Positions 22,301 to 35,100 of a stretch of 64,000 nucleotides of DNA are shown here, one piece after another. How positions within the stretch are numbered: the stretch's first letter is position 1; each line of letters starts with the position of its first letter. The notes below the pieces were generated by a model. It searched no databases. It saw only the letters and a list, made by a program, of their open reading frames with translations, and had not been told where the DNA came from. The stretch spans positions 9,114,001 to 9,178,000 of the forward strand of contig CM068749.1 in the NCBI GenBank assembly GCA_035084275.1, in the 5' to 3' direction. The position numbers were made by a program, and so were the translations under genes. Source of the stretch: Hydrolagus colliei. Its lineage: Eukaryota.

Positions 22301-25300
22301 CAGCCCCAGAGAAACCAAGCTTGAAGGTGACAGGTAGGAGCTGTCTCTCGCCTGCTCTTTGCTGTGACTTTTGGATGTACAATGGGTTGGAAGTTGCGCA
22401 TATCAAACACAAAACGGTTGCAAATTGGAAAACATCAAATCCCGACTGTAGAACGGGGAAAGAACAGGGCAATGGGTATCGCATGACTAGAGGATGTGCA
22501 ATTGTGGGAGCAAGCAGTGAAAATCACAATACAGTTTGCTTCAGTGGGGACTTGCTGAGTTTGACATAATGGCTTTTCTTAGAATTTAATGGAACTATTC
22601 ACACAATGGCTTTTGTCTTTCAGGAGCAAATCCAATCACAGGCAAATCCCAACAGACAGGGGAACCTGCACACAAGGTTCAGGTAAGGAGGCCAAAGTGT
22701 ATCCATAAATAGGACCGTTGTATTGTCGTCCCCCCGACATGAAAGGTGCTCTACAAATGTAATTTTGGTGTTATTGTTGTATCGTGTCCGGCCTTGACTA
22801 GGCTAACTCCCTACACAACGGACCTCCCAAATCTTCCCTCTACAGGCTGGATGAAGGCAGCTTGTTATTGTAGTTGTACCGATGAGCTGTCCCTTGATTG
22901 CACATCTTCCTCCAATTATACTCGTGGAGTAAAACTGGACAGAGAAGGAATACAAAGGCTGTAAAGATAACTGGAGCTGTCAGTGCCCTAAGCTATGTTC
23001 TGGAATTGCTGGCAGCTCAATACACAACGTTGGGAGTGGGTCTATGACAGGTTGCTAATGATTTCTTCTTTGTGAGGCAGCACTGGATGCAACGCACACC
23101 AAAACCTTCCATTGTCAAAGTGCACTTCACGTACACGGTGGCTTTGCGTGTGAAGCCAGGGATAACGCTCAACGAACTGCAGGCTGCTATTTGCAAGAAA
23201 TTCAAACTAACCGAGTGCAGATTTGGTTTGAGGTACGATCAAGGTTTTTCAGATCTTCTCGATGGCTTCATCAAAATAGGAGCTTTTAGAAACATCTTTT
23301 TGTTGTGCTCCTCAGATGAACATATAATAATAATCATAATCCTTGCACATGATATAACACCATATCATGTCATTGAGACATCTCAAAGCGCTTCACAGAA
23401 TATATTGTAAAGCTGTTTGACTGTATCTTGCAGCTGAAACGCAGCAGCCAATTGTGCACAGCGATGTCCCACACACATTCATGGATTGAGTGACCAATTT
23501 ATCATTATTATCGTACATGTTGATTGCATCCTGTGCATAGTAACATTAACTTGCACTTATGCAACCTTTTATACCTGCAAATGAACATCTTGGAATGTTC
23601 CACAAAATACAGTTGATTAGAAATAGAGTGAAACTTTTGATATATAGGCAAACCATGGCAGCTAATGCAACATGAGCAATTCATTCATTAGAATTGGTTA
23701 ACGTGGATTAGAAGGGGAAAGGAATATAAATGAAATTAAATTGAAATACCAGGTTTCTTGAATTAATGATCGCTTTTCACAACCCATAAATAGATGAATT
23801 CCCCGCCACCCACCCCTCCCCTTCTTCTTGCCCAGGTATCCGGAAGCCTATCATAGCTCGCGTATTGGCACGCCACAAGATCACTTATTGAGCAGACTAA
23901 AAATCAAACTAGAGACTGTATGTCTAAATTGGTCTGTGCATTTATTGCCTCAGACATCAGTGAGGTTGACCAGATTTCTTTGCCAAGTTTGAAAACCCAT
24001 AGACTTATCATTAATTTCTCATAACAATGGCATAGCAACTTTCACATTGACTTTGATAAAGTACTATATTTACTGCTTATAAGTTAGGAGGTGATCGATC
24101 AGAAAAGCCGGGTCATTTTATGTGTAAAACGTCACTTAATGACCTTCTATGTGCAACCTGTTTGCTTCATGTCGGAGAATATAATCAATTCTTTACTATC
24201 TCTTATGGTTCTTCCCATCAGTTACAAGGAGAGTGATCAGCTTATTCCCATTACCAATGAAACCAAGATGAAGAATGCGTGGAGTCAGTCCAACAATGGA
24301 CGTATGACAATTTGGTGTAAATATCTGAAGGTAATAGATTCAATACAAAACTAAATTTATAATAGCGGCTTTCACATTGGGATTAAGCATCTGGGAAACG
24401 TACACCAAGCATCTGGCAAACGTACATTGTAAATGAAGTGAGTTTGTAGAAATTGAGAGCCTATTGAAGCTCTGGTCTGAATCTCCCCTACATCTGCATC
24501 ACCCTCATCCCTGCCGAGGTGCAATGTCCTCCAGGGGATCAGTTTCAAAACCTCCAAAGCTTTTACACCATCCTATCTGTGAAATTTTCTCGTCATATAT
24601 CCTAACCCCTCGTTCATCCCTATTCCGATGCCACTTTATAGTCCACCCCCCACCCCGCCCACCCATGCTTCACTTTTGTAAGCTGAACACAAACACACCT
24701 TTGCTCTCTGAAACTCTAATTGAAAACCATCTTCACCTTGCTATTTCAAACCGCTTTCTAAACCCCCTGAAAAATTATTTTGACTATTCTTTGAAACATC
24801 TCTAAATTCCTCTTACATTATTATTCATCTAAATGGGGTAATTATTGACCAGAATAGATTGCCAAAAAGGGTGGGTGAGGCTGATGGTGTTGTGTGGTGT
24901 GGAGGTGGGAAATAGAGGTAATTCAGGAAAGGTTAGATCAAATGGGCTGAAAGGCTTTGTTTATCCAAACCAATCTTGTGATGATCCAGGTAGTGGCACT
25001 ATATGACTACGAGACCTCAGAACCTGACGATCTGCTCTTTCAAGAGGGTGACATCATCCACATTTTAGCACAAGGTAAGAATGAAGGAATTGCTCGCCTA
25101 AGATTTCAAATCGAAAGAGGATGGAAGCGTAGCATGTGTATTACATGTCTGTTCTTTCAGTTGAATTTCTAAAACAGATTAAAAAATACAGAACAACAGT
25201 GTTCCAGTCATAGATCGGGTGACCATATTATTATTAATTTTTTTTGAAGAAATTATTACCCCAGGAAAAGCAATCTGCTAATTGACTAATGACCGGTTCC

Positions 25301-25685
25301 TATTTTACTGCAAAATAAACAGAGGAAGGTGGAGTAAGGAAACCTACCCAAAAATCGAACTTGGGTCCTCTTGCTTGTGAGGCGAGTGCTCTAACCTCTA
25401 TGCTACAGAATTCCCAGTGTACGCATATTTGCCAAACATCCTTTTTTTTTAGCAACACTTGGGTAGTATTGACAGTGGATTCTGCAGTGCATTCTGAAAG
25501 GTATATTTCTCTCTCATTCTCCAGCTTGCTCATTTCAATGTTGTTTCAGTGACTTGATTTTCTTCAATGTCTCCACAGTGAATCAGGACTGGCTTGAAGG
25601 GCAATGCAATGAAAACATTGGTATCTTCCCGTCAGTCTTCGTCAAAGAGTTGAGCATCGTCGATACATCAGATGCAAACATTTAA
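13365..25685 (+). CDS. NCF2: Neutrophil cytosolic factor 2 (p67phox, NADPH oxidase activator): TPR, activation domain, SH3, PB1, SH3; about 497 aa
   Basis: Exons 13365-13538, 14838-14920, 15802-15910, 16972-17106, 17820-17927, 18807-18866, 19509-19552, 19931-20072, 21227-21274, 22255-22333, 22624-22682, 23081-23232, 24222-24330, 24990-25074 and 25579-25685 (TAA). All GT-AG and phase-consistent (1494 nt). Motifs: [46 protein letters not shown], two SH3 domains, PB1 VKVHFTYTV. An intact first SH3 and the synteny argue for NCF2 rather than NOXA1. Confidence 0.96.
13614..13865 (+). mobile_element. tRNA-headed SINE with a nested ~65-nt LINE-tail insertion (13727-13795)
   Basis: tRNA-like head (CTCACAA loop, GGTTCAATTCC B box). 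The insertion is flanked by a duplicated TTGTCTA. Confidence 0.75.
14025..14265 (-). mobile_element. SINE of the same family, lacking its head, inverted relative to the 13614 copy
   Basis: Reverse-strand match to the family core and tail. Confidence 0.75.
16014..16322 (+). mobile_element. Full-length tRNA(Val)-like-headed SINE
   Basis: Head with CTTACAA loop and GGTTCG B box, family core, and L2-like stem-loop tail ending in (ATT)n. Further copies or fragments at about 11525-11750, 15430-15675, 23330-23510, 25230-25410, 29540-29650, 34760-34885, 36750-37012 and 62470-62925. Confidence 0.8.
17547..17660 (+). mobile_element. CR1-type LINE/SINE 3' terminus
   Basis: GATGGGCCATATAGCCTCC...CTGTAAAATTCTATGATTCTAT tail. 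Related ends at about 7267-7380 (-), 32480-32605 (-) and 57760-57960 (-). Confidence 0.65.
19633..19803. repeat. Degenerate (TG)/(TC) microsatellite
   Basis: Alternating TG/TC low-complexity run in NCF2 intron 7. Confidence 0.9.
20148..20172. repeat. (AGC)n trinucleotide repeat, probably the tail of a retroposon fragment
   Basis: About 8 AGC units followed by a reverse-strand L2-tail-like sequence. Confidence 0.8.
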
Positions 25686-26573
25686 ATTTGTGCTGGATTT
25701 TCCTTCTCCCAGCCAGAAATGTACCAAGTCGGACATCAAAGCAGCTTGGATTTAGCTGTAATTTTATTACTCGATGCTCGCTTGATGTCAAAAACGCAAA
25801 CCAAATTTAGGCAAATAAATTATTGGCAGTACTTTGCACTAGGTAACTGATGTGCTTTTCTGGCTCGTCAGATTGAATTCAAATTCGGCAGAAAACTTGA
25901 GAGAAATTCCACTTAAATGTAGATTCTCCTATTTATGTAGCATTTTAAGAGTCCAACATTTAAAAGTTAAGGCAGTATTCAAGGCACTTAAAAAAAAAAG
26001 CCAAATTCTGGATGCTAAAATGCGCAGTGAATCTAAACCCAGGACAAATTTCTCCACACACATTTTTCTGAAAACAGGCTATTTTAAACAGTTTAATGGC
26101 ATTGGGATTTGCCTGATATTCAAATGACTTTAGGTGAGATATTTTGAGTGTAGTAACTGATGGGTAAGGTGGATGGATTACTGGCGCACATCAAAATTGT
26201 TACACCAAGATGCTAATAGAATATAATGTACAGTATTTCAGTCAAGCTACAGCTGTGACAATTTTAAACCTTATTGTGGGACCCTGCCTCGCTTGGAGGG
26301 TGCTACATAAATGCAAGTTGTTGTTGTTGTAATGAATTAAGGTATTGGGCCCTACTTTATGTATATTTCCCAAATATCCAAGGTCTATTTATTCACCTTA
26401 TATAGAGTTCAGAGCCGATGGTCAGATTTACAATGGGAGAACAAAACGCAACAGACCAGGTTTGTGAATATTAGAATTTTAAGAGCATTATCAAATAGAA
26501 AAGATTCAGTCTGCACATTGAGGTAATGTATTATATTGATACCCATGCGAATGTGTCAGTTATTCAATATCAG

Positions 26574-26714
26574 AATAAAATATTTTATAAAAATTTCTGT
26601 TCATTTGATTGTTTTGCAGCTTTGCAAAAAGGTTATTCGATTAATTCCGGATTTCCAAGCAGACACTATTCTTTGTGAAAGTATCAACAGCTTTATCTTT
26701 GCTCTTGTAATAAA
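26574..26714 (+). terminator. Candidate NCF2 polyadenylation signals
   Basis: AATAAA at 26574-26579 and 26709-26714, about 0.9-1.0 kb after the stop codon. Confidence 0.45.
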
Positions 26715-27072
26715 AGCATTGTTATTCCTCATTCTCATGCTAGATCTGGAATTCCACAATACAGAATCTGCTCCCCTTTAATTTTGACTGGAAATCTCCA
26801 GCTGTAAAATGGACAACTTTATTCAGTGAACCTTACAGTTGATTAATTAAGGAATCCAGTGAGTAAATAATGGCGATGTCTTTATAGCGAATCTCCTCTC
26901 GAAAAGGAGCTTTGGGATGTGCTTAATGTTAGGTTTTGGAAAGTATGCACCACCTTTTGAGAATTATACACATTTTGCACTTGTGAGTTTTTCAACTAGG
27001 AGTTCATCATTAGAAAAAGACATGCAGAGAAACAAGCATCAAACAAATACACAGAATTAGAACATGGTTTCA

Positions 27073-27078
27073 TTTATT
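27073..27078 (-). terminator. Candidate distal SMG7 polyadenylation signal
   Basis: Minus-strand AATAAA followed about 20 nt later by TGTGTATTTGTTTGATGCTTGTTT, a GU/U-rich downstream element. Confidence 0.65.
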
Positions 27079-28037
27079 GAAGGCAAAGCTGATTCCAGCA
27101 ATTGCTGCACAAGTTCTTACACAAAAAGGACATGAACACAAAAGCTTAGAACATAAACCTTTTCCCCGAGGGCCCTGTACTCTTTCTTGCAGTGCTCCTG
27201 TTCCCCAGAAATATAATCTATTCTGAACAGTGTACATGCATGCAGGTTGTGAACAACTTGCTCTGGTGCTTTTGTTAACCTTCTAGGACTTGTCGGCTCA
27301 GTGGGAAGGAAGACCTGGGGCCAGGCGATTCAGTACAAGAGTAGATTTAGAGATGTGTGACCAGAGCAGAATGGTGGAATGTTTCTGTGGGCAGGGTGTT
27401 GAGCTGTACTTGTGATGCAGAGTGCTGGTTTGCAGTGGGTGGGTTGGGAAAAGGGAGGGTCGTCGTCTCATTAAAAAAATTGCTTCCCATCTTAAAGAGG
27501 CTGTTGCATTCTAGTTAGCAGATGGCAATTTTCTATGGGAAAATTCTAGTTTCTTTAGTCTCCCCCCACTTTTCCATCCTAGCGTCAGGTTATTATCGCC
27601 CTGGTTTGAATTGTCCTAGTACCTGTCTGAGATACATACTTTAGTGATGTGCCAAGCAGCATGTGATCTTAGTTCCAAACAAACTTCACAGTGACACACA
27701 CAATGTGACTCCTTCACCTGAAAATAACAAACATTCTTTTCCCACACAGTTCCAGCACGTTTCTGCACCAGAAATCCACTGTAAGAGTTTTTACAAGCAG
27801 ATTTTGATTACAACAACCCGAGGAAGGTTATAAACACACAGTCCAAATGGAGCCTTACATACCCTACATTCTGATCTTTCCACAAAGCTCAAAAGGACAA
27901 ATGTTTGTTACATTCAACAGCCTGAATATTACTTATGATGAGCAGTGAATGACCCATGCTTTTTAATCCCCTCCCCACCGTTTTAATGGGAGCAGTACAT
28001 GGGCACACGCAGTAAGACACACCCACAGTACAAGTGG

Positions 28038-28089
28038 CCCACCCACCCACCCACCCACTCGCTCTTTCACCCACCCACTCACTCACTGA
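28038..28089. repeat. (CCCA)n/(CACT)n tetranucleotide repeat in the SMG7 3' UTR
   Basis: Seen directly; reads (GGGU)n on the SMG7 sense strand. Confidence 0.85.
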
Positions 28090-29187
28090 CCTGCTTTGTG
28101 CCCCATTTTGCTGAACCAGCAGCATTGCTGGACCCGTTCACTTTTTTGCAAGACATGGCCAAATCAGGAATTTAAAATGACCATCCGACACAACAAGCCG
28201 ACAGAAGCTGTTCTTACCTAGTAATTAAAAGCCTGAACTAGAACTAAATAGATAAATTAACCAGTTTCAAGGTTTGTATGCTATAGTAAAATTTATAGCT
28301 ACTATTATAATCAAAAAACCACTAATTTAAAATCCCTAGCAAGTACTGCCTTTTCTTGTTTGAAGCAGAGCCCTCTGCTGTACGTCTTACCCCCGCTTTA
28401 GCTAGGATTGCTACAGAACAGTATCACAAAGATTTAATATTGTAATTCCTACTGCAGCTATTGACATTAACAACTATTTTTTAAAAAAAATCTAGAGCTA
28501 AAGGTGCAGTGATGTGAAGCTGTTTTGTTTCATACACACAAAACCCTTGCCTGTCTGAAAAGATGCCTTCATATAAATTCTTTGACAGAATGCCTCTGCA
28601 CATCCTTATGTAATAGGTTCGAGGAAAGCTGATGAATGGGCCAGTGTCACTACACTTATAGATTACGAGCACGCCTGTTCCTCAACAGAGCACAAAATGA
28701 TCACTCTCAACAACCAAGATGATAGAGGATTAAAAAATTAAACCATTTCCTCTCTAGCAGAGCATTCATTAGTTGATTCTTTTTAAGATTTGTTGTTATA
28801 ATGTAACACTAACTTCAGCCCACTTGGCTGGTTATCTCCCATCTCATCCCCCTTTCACTGCCCGACAGCAATAGTGATGTACAAAATGGACAGGAACCTA
28901 GGAGGGATTTTCGAACAAGCAGATCAAGTGGTTGAGATAACTGAGTGAAACAGATGATGGCCCTTCCTCTGGAAGTGACAGGAAGCATGTAATGTTCTTT
29001 TTATTTTGTTTGTTTTTCCTCAGCAGCAGCTTTGTGCACACTCAGCACTGGTGGAGTGCTTACACCCTCTCAACAGCAAGAGAACAGAGAAGAGGGCTGC
29101 CACCCGCAGGGGACCGTGGGTTGTAATGCAAACCCAACATGCCTTGAGTTGTGTAACCTGGATTCACCGGTCATGCCATTGTGCCGC

Positions 29188-32100
29188 TCAGTGTGGTGGG
29201 TTCAGTGTGCCGATTCCTCGCTGCTGCTTCTGTTTCTGCTGCATTAGCAGCTGCTCCAGTGCGGAGGGTCCAGGGTGCATCATTGAACTGGACCAGATCG
29301 ACTGTAAAGAAAAAGACAAAAACCTCTTTAGGCAACATCTTTCGGTTATGATTTACATAATGATGCTACTTCAGTTATTTGCTGAAGTTACAAGCATTCC
29401 CCTAAACTCTCTTGGTAAATAAGATACAGACTCTTGGAATGGTATTGTGGGTTTAAAATTTAGGGCATAGAGTAGAAAAGTGTAGCAATAATGCAACTTT
29501 TGCATAAATCTTGGGTAGACTAATTAGAGTAACGCGTTCATGTGTTCGCCTACAAATAAGCATGTCAATTCACTTCACAGTATATTCTGTGAAGCACTTT
29601 GAGCTGTCTAGAAGAAATGAAAAGCAGTACATCAAAATGCAGCGATTATTATTTTTTTGTGTAATCACTTCAAGGATGTTAAGACCTTGGAATGGGTGCA
29701 GAGGAGATTGACAAGTATGATATAAGGAATAAAAGAGTATAGTTCTGAGGAAAGACTGAATAAGTTGGATTAGTTTTCACTGAAGCAAGGAAGAATGAGA
29801 GGAGGCCTGATAGAGGTATTTAAAATTATGTGGGATTTGATAAATAGGGAGAAGCTAAATTCCACTAGTAGAGGAAATCAGGGATTAGAGGATATACAAA
29901 CAACAACAACAACAACAAATTACATTTATAGAGTGCCTTTCACGTTGGGAGGACGTCCCAAGGCGCTGCACAGGAGGCGTGTGACCCGAGCTGAGAGGGG
30001 AGTGTTTGGGAAGGGGTAAAACACGAAGGGGAGGTAGAAAAATTCGGGGTGGAACAAAAGGCACGATCGAAGAGGAAAGTCTTCAAACCGGCCTTGAAAG
30101 AGGAAAGGGAAGAAACTAAATGGAGGGATTGAGGGATGGCATTCCATAGGGTGGGAGCGGAGAAACTGAAGGCCCGGCCTCCGATGGTGGGGCGGTTCGG
30201 GTGGGGGGTTTGGAGCAGGCCACGTCCTGTTGAACGGAGGGTCCGGGTGGACTTATAGGGGGAAAGTAGATCGGTTAAATAGGGCGGGGCAAGGCCGTGT
30301 AAGGCCTTGTAGGTGAGGACGAGGATCTTGAACTCGATCCTCCGGAGGATGGGGAGCCAGTGGAGACGGGTGAGGGTGGGGGTTACGTGGTCGCGGAGGC
30401 GGGTGCGGGATAGTACACGGGCTGCAGAGTTTTGGATGACCTGCAGCCTGTGAATGGAGGAACTGGGGAGGCCGACGAGGAGAGAGTTTCCGTAGTCCAG
30501 CCGTGAGGTGATGTATGCGTGCACGAGTGTTTCGGCAGCGCTGGGGGTAAGATAATTGCGGAGCCTGGCAATATTGCGCAGGTGGAAATAAGCGGTGCCG
30601 GTCAAAGCGCGGATGTGGGGGAGGAAGGAAAGTTTTTGATCGAACATGATGCCGAGGTTCCTGATTGGCCTTGTGAGGTGGAGAGTGCAGCCTTGGATGT
30701 TGAGGCTGGCAGCGCCCGATGTGCGGAGGCGCTGGCTTGAGCCAATCAGGAGGGCCTCAGTCTTACTCACGTTCAATTGCAAAAAGTTGTCCCTCGTCCA
30801 GGACTCGGTGTCGGACAGACATGCTGTCAGAACATCGATGGTTTGGGGGTTGAGGGATGAGGCAGAAAGGTACAACTGGGTGTCGTCCGCATACATGCGG
30901 AAATTTACCCCATGTTTGCGGATGACGTCGCCCAGAGGGAGCGTGTAAAGGGTGAAAAGGAGGGGGCCTAAAACAGAGCCCTGAGGGACGCCGTGAGAAA
31001 CTGTGTGGGGGTTTGAAGAAAAACCGTTGGAAGAAACAAAATGTAAACGGTGGGTCAAGTAAGAATGGAACCAGTCAAGGACTGTGCCTTGAAGGTTGAG
31101 GTGGGAGGAAAGACGTTGAAGGAGGATGGTGTGATTGACTGTGTCGAACGCAGCAGACAGGTCAAGGAGGACGAGGAGGCAGAGGGAGCCCTGGTCACAG
31201 GCGGTTAGGATGTCATTTGTAACCTTGAGCAGGGCAGTTTCTGTGCTATGGATTGGGCGGAAACCTGATTGGAGGGGTTCAAAAAGTGAATGAGTTGAAA
31301 GGAAAGAGCGGAGCTGGGAGGCAACCACTCTTTCAAGGACCTTGGATAAAAACGGGAGGTTGGAGATGGGTCGATAACTTGATGGTTGCGACGCATCAAG
31401 GGAGGGTTTCTTCAGGATAGGGGTGATGGTGGCTGTTTTACGGGAGGTAGGGACGGTGCCTGAGGAGAGGGAAAGGTTAATGGTGTCAGAAATGAGCGGG
31501 GCTAACAAATGGAGCTGGGTGCGGAGGAGGGGGGTGGGGATGGGGTCCAATGAGCACGTGGTGGGTTTCATGGAGGTAATTGTTTTTGTGACTGAAAGCG
31601 GGGTGGTGGGGTTGAAAGTGTGAAATGGGGTTGAAAGTGTGAAAACAAGAATTTAGAAGATTCCTCCCACCCCCATACATGGTTTTTGGGATATGAAATC
31701 TCCTGCAGTAAGGTGGTAGAAGCAGAAACATTCCTCCTAAATGCCAGGATGCAATTTTAATTTGGATTCAGTTCTATGTTTTTGAAAAGTAGCTTTTTAG
31801 ACCAACCATGATGATGACAAATGCTATCACCAAATTGTTCAAACTAAGTTAATTCAGTAGAGTCACTAACAAGGTCTCTATTCGGAAAAAAATTAAGGCA
31901 AAAGAAGGACCGACAGAGATACAGACAGTGACATGTGTGGCCTGCTGGGATTTTGTAACTGTCTGTCAGGAGGGAGACCAGGATGATATGTGGTGAGATT
32001 TTGGTGCTTAAATTCTTGATGGATTACCTACTGTATGAATGAAATCTTCTCCCGAATAAGCAAGTGAGTCAGTATGCAGTGCATATTTGTGGAGAGAGTG

Positions 32101-35100
32101 GCCAAATGGTGTGTTCTGTTCTTTATGTTCTTACACTCTAGCAAGATTCACCTTCAGCAGCAAAGGGAGGAAAATAAAATCTAATACCTTGAAACTGTCC
32201 AAGAGCAGCGTGGACGAGTCATCCAGTGTGGTGTCTGGGGCGGCCCATGTGTTGCTGGGAGTGCTGCCCTGATGCCAGCTGTTGTCCGAAGATGAAGATG
32301 CAGCAGGCAGATAGTCCAAGCCAAATCCACTCATTGCTTTGAAAACAAAGCCCCCCACACAAATATTATTGATTTTACCACAAATTGTAAACAAAATTCC
32401 AAACTTTAAAAAGGCAACAAAACCCACTGTTATTTTCGATCTATGGTCATGTGAGATTTACGGCAAACGTACCTAAAAACATACGAAATAGGAGCAGGAC
32501 ATTAGGTCCCTCGAAAATGCCCCACCATTTAACAAGATCATGGATGATCTACTAACCTAATTTCACTTGCCCACCCTATCCCCATATCCCTTAATCCCTC
32601 TAGTTTTTAAAATCCCTTTAGCTTTTCTACCTGGCTTGTCTGTACGTTTCATGTTCCAGCGATCTGTCAGTCTCCTCTCACTGTTGTCAGGAGTTCCAAT
32701 CGGTCCAAAACCAGAGAAACAGTTCTGGTTGTGAGTTGGAGGAGAGCTGGGTAGGCTGCTGGGATTGGAGGAGTGAGGAGACTGGCTTGCTGGTGTTGAG
32801 TGATCTATCATTAAAAAAAAGACAAAAAGGAGAAGATTTAAGTTATTTCAAGCCTGTGACTTGCACTTTAAAAGTAAAAACCTATCTACATTTCTGGAAC
32901 TCCTGAGGGAATGTTGCACAAGTTTATCTCCTTACATGTAATCACAGATATATTTAATACAAAGCTCATTTCAAACAAAGAAAACAAAATGTGGTTATAA
33001 CAATCTAAACAGCAGCAGCTCAGATACACTTTTCCAGTCATCAGGGCCAATAGAAAATTGCAGAAACATATGTCAAAAATTGCAGGGAAATGGTGCTATT
33101 GAAAGGTTTATAGTGGGGGGTGGTTATAGTCAATTCTGAAGCAAAATTGCAACTACACTTTTCTATTTGCCTGTGTCATTCAAAAGATTAAGATGCCACA
33201 TAGCTGTCACAATCTATTATTGTCTATGAAAATCCCATCAAATCTGAAGTTAGGGAGATATATTTTGAGGTGCGTAAGTTGGGGGGAAAAATAAGCAATA
33301 TTCTTACAATTGCAAGATAATAAATGAAGGTGAATTGCATTCAAAAGCACTCACCAGAACTGGCAGGAAGGGATGGAGACCAAGGATTTCCATCAAACAG
33401 CGAATAACAGGAGGCCTCGTGGAATGCGTGTGGTGGCATATTGTCAGATTTGACACTAGGTGCTAGGTGCTTGCCATAAACCTCACTGAAAATGCTATTA
33501 TTCTGACAGTTTTCCTGAAAGCAAGTGAAAAGAAATGAGAACTTCACAATCAGAAAGACACGCGCATTTTTAAACTGCATGATCTATTTAAATATTACGT
33601 GCTGATTATTTTGAACAGGTGCAATAAGCAAAACATGCAGTTTCTTATGATTAGTTTAACAGAGATTACAATAGGAAAACATTACCATTAGTACAGCTCT
33701 TACTCATTGAAGTGGGTTTCATTGATTTTCCTCACTCTCTGAATTCCAAATGGATTTTACCGGTTAACATACCTGATTGAGTGGAAAAGGAGGCAAGGGC
33801 AAAAGAGGGGAGGAAGAAATCAACTCCGACGGCCTCTCCAGCCGAGATCTGTTAGGCAACTAAATAAAGGAAATGGAGAAAAGAATGAGAAACATTACTT
33901 AAATATGTCATGTCAATTAGAAAATCAAATGAATAATCTACAATAGCTGCAGGGCAAACAAAAAAAAATTGGGGAATTGAAGTTTGTTTATGATGGACTT
34001 ATATACCAATGGCCACAGTACTATATTTGTTAGTTACTTATGACACACAGAAGCGTTGTTTCTAGTAACTAAACACAGCTGGGAATCTTCACAGATAACT
34101 GATGATAGTGTGGAGGGGACATCATTAACACACCTGTTTAACACATTGCAAGTATAAAAGGAAAGACAGTTTCCATATATGCATTTGTTAATAGATCATG
34201 TGCACTTGAATCATAGAAATGTGGGCAATGTCGGGATGAGGTGGAAAAGAGAAAATGAAATTATGAATAAAACACAAAGGATCTTCCAACATGCAAACAT
34301 GGGAAACGTTGAAATATTGTGGCGGACTTAACTGGATGGTCTAGACAACATTTATAGTCTTGGCATGTACAAAGGTTGGTATTTAGCACACTGATAAGAT
34401 TTAATATCAAACTAAATTCAGTGAATCAATCACTGACAAAACTGTTACTCTGACCTGATGCTCCCACTCGGAGGCCTGCCATTTGCAATAATGCTTGTAG
34501 CTTCATCCTTAAAACATTTTCAACAATCAAGCTAAGAAATCTGGTAAACGGTTGTCTTTCTGTACTTTGGTTTTCAGAGGTTTCAAGCTTTTGCAGTGGA
34601 GATCAGTTTCAGGAAATTGATGTTTGGGTATTTATATGATGTGGAATTTATTGATGTCATCAAGAATTTAATTTATTTAAAAGTTATTACTACATTAATA
34701 ACAATCCTTGCATTTGGAGGTGCATCTTTCATGTCAGGAGGATGACCCAAACTCCTTCACAGGATGGCTGCTACGTTTCGCCCATAAATATACAGTCAAT
34801 TCACTTTACAGTATATTCTGTGAAGTGCTTTGAGATGTCGATAAGATGTGAAATGTGCTATATCAAATACAAGGATTATTATTAATATATTTACTGTAAC
34901 ATGCAGGCTCTCGCCATGTTGTGGCCGAATGCAACAGCTAATTGCATACAGCAATATCCCACAAACAGCCATGGAGTGAATGACCATTTTTTGGGTGGGT
35001 GACTTCAGAAGAAACTTCAGGACTTTAGAAGAAACTCCCTTCTCTTTTTGAATAATGCCATGAGATCTTATAATGTCCACCTGAACAGGCAATTGGTGCC

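Noticed and set aside
13365-25685. NOXA1 as an alternative identity
   Set aside because: The intact central SH3, the PB1 lysine and the ARPC5/SMG7 synteny fit NCF2.
29940-31571. 543-aa RT as a domesticated host gene or novel RT system
   Set aside because: It is an ordinary 5'-truncated L2 ORF2 with its retroposon tail; the Met is internal and there is no promoter or splice evidence.
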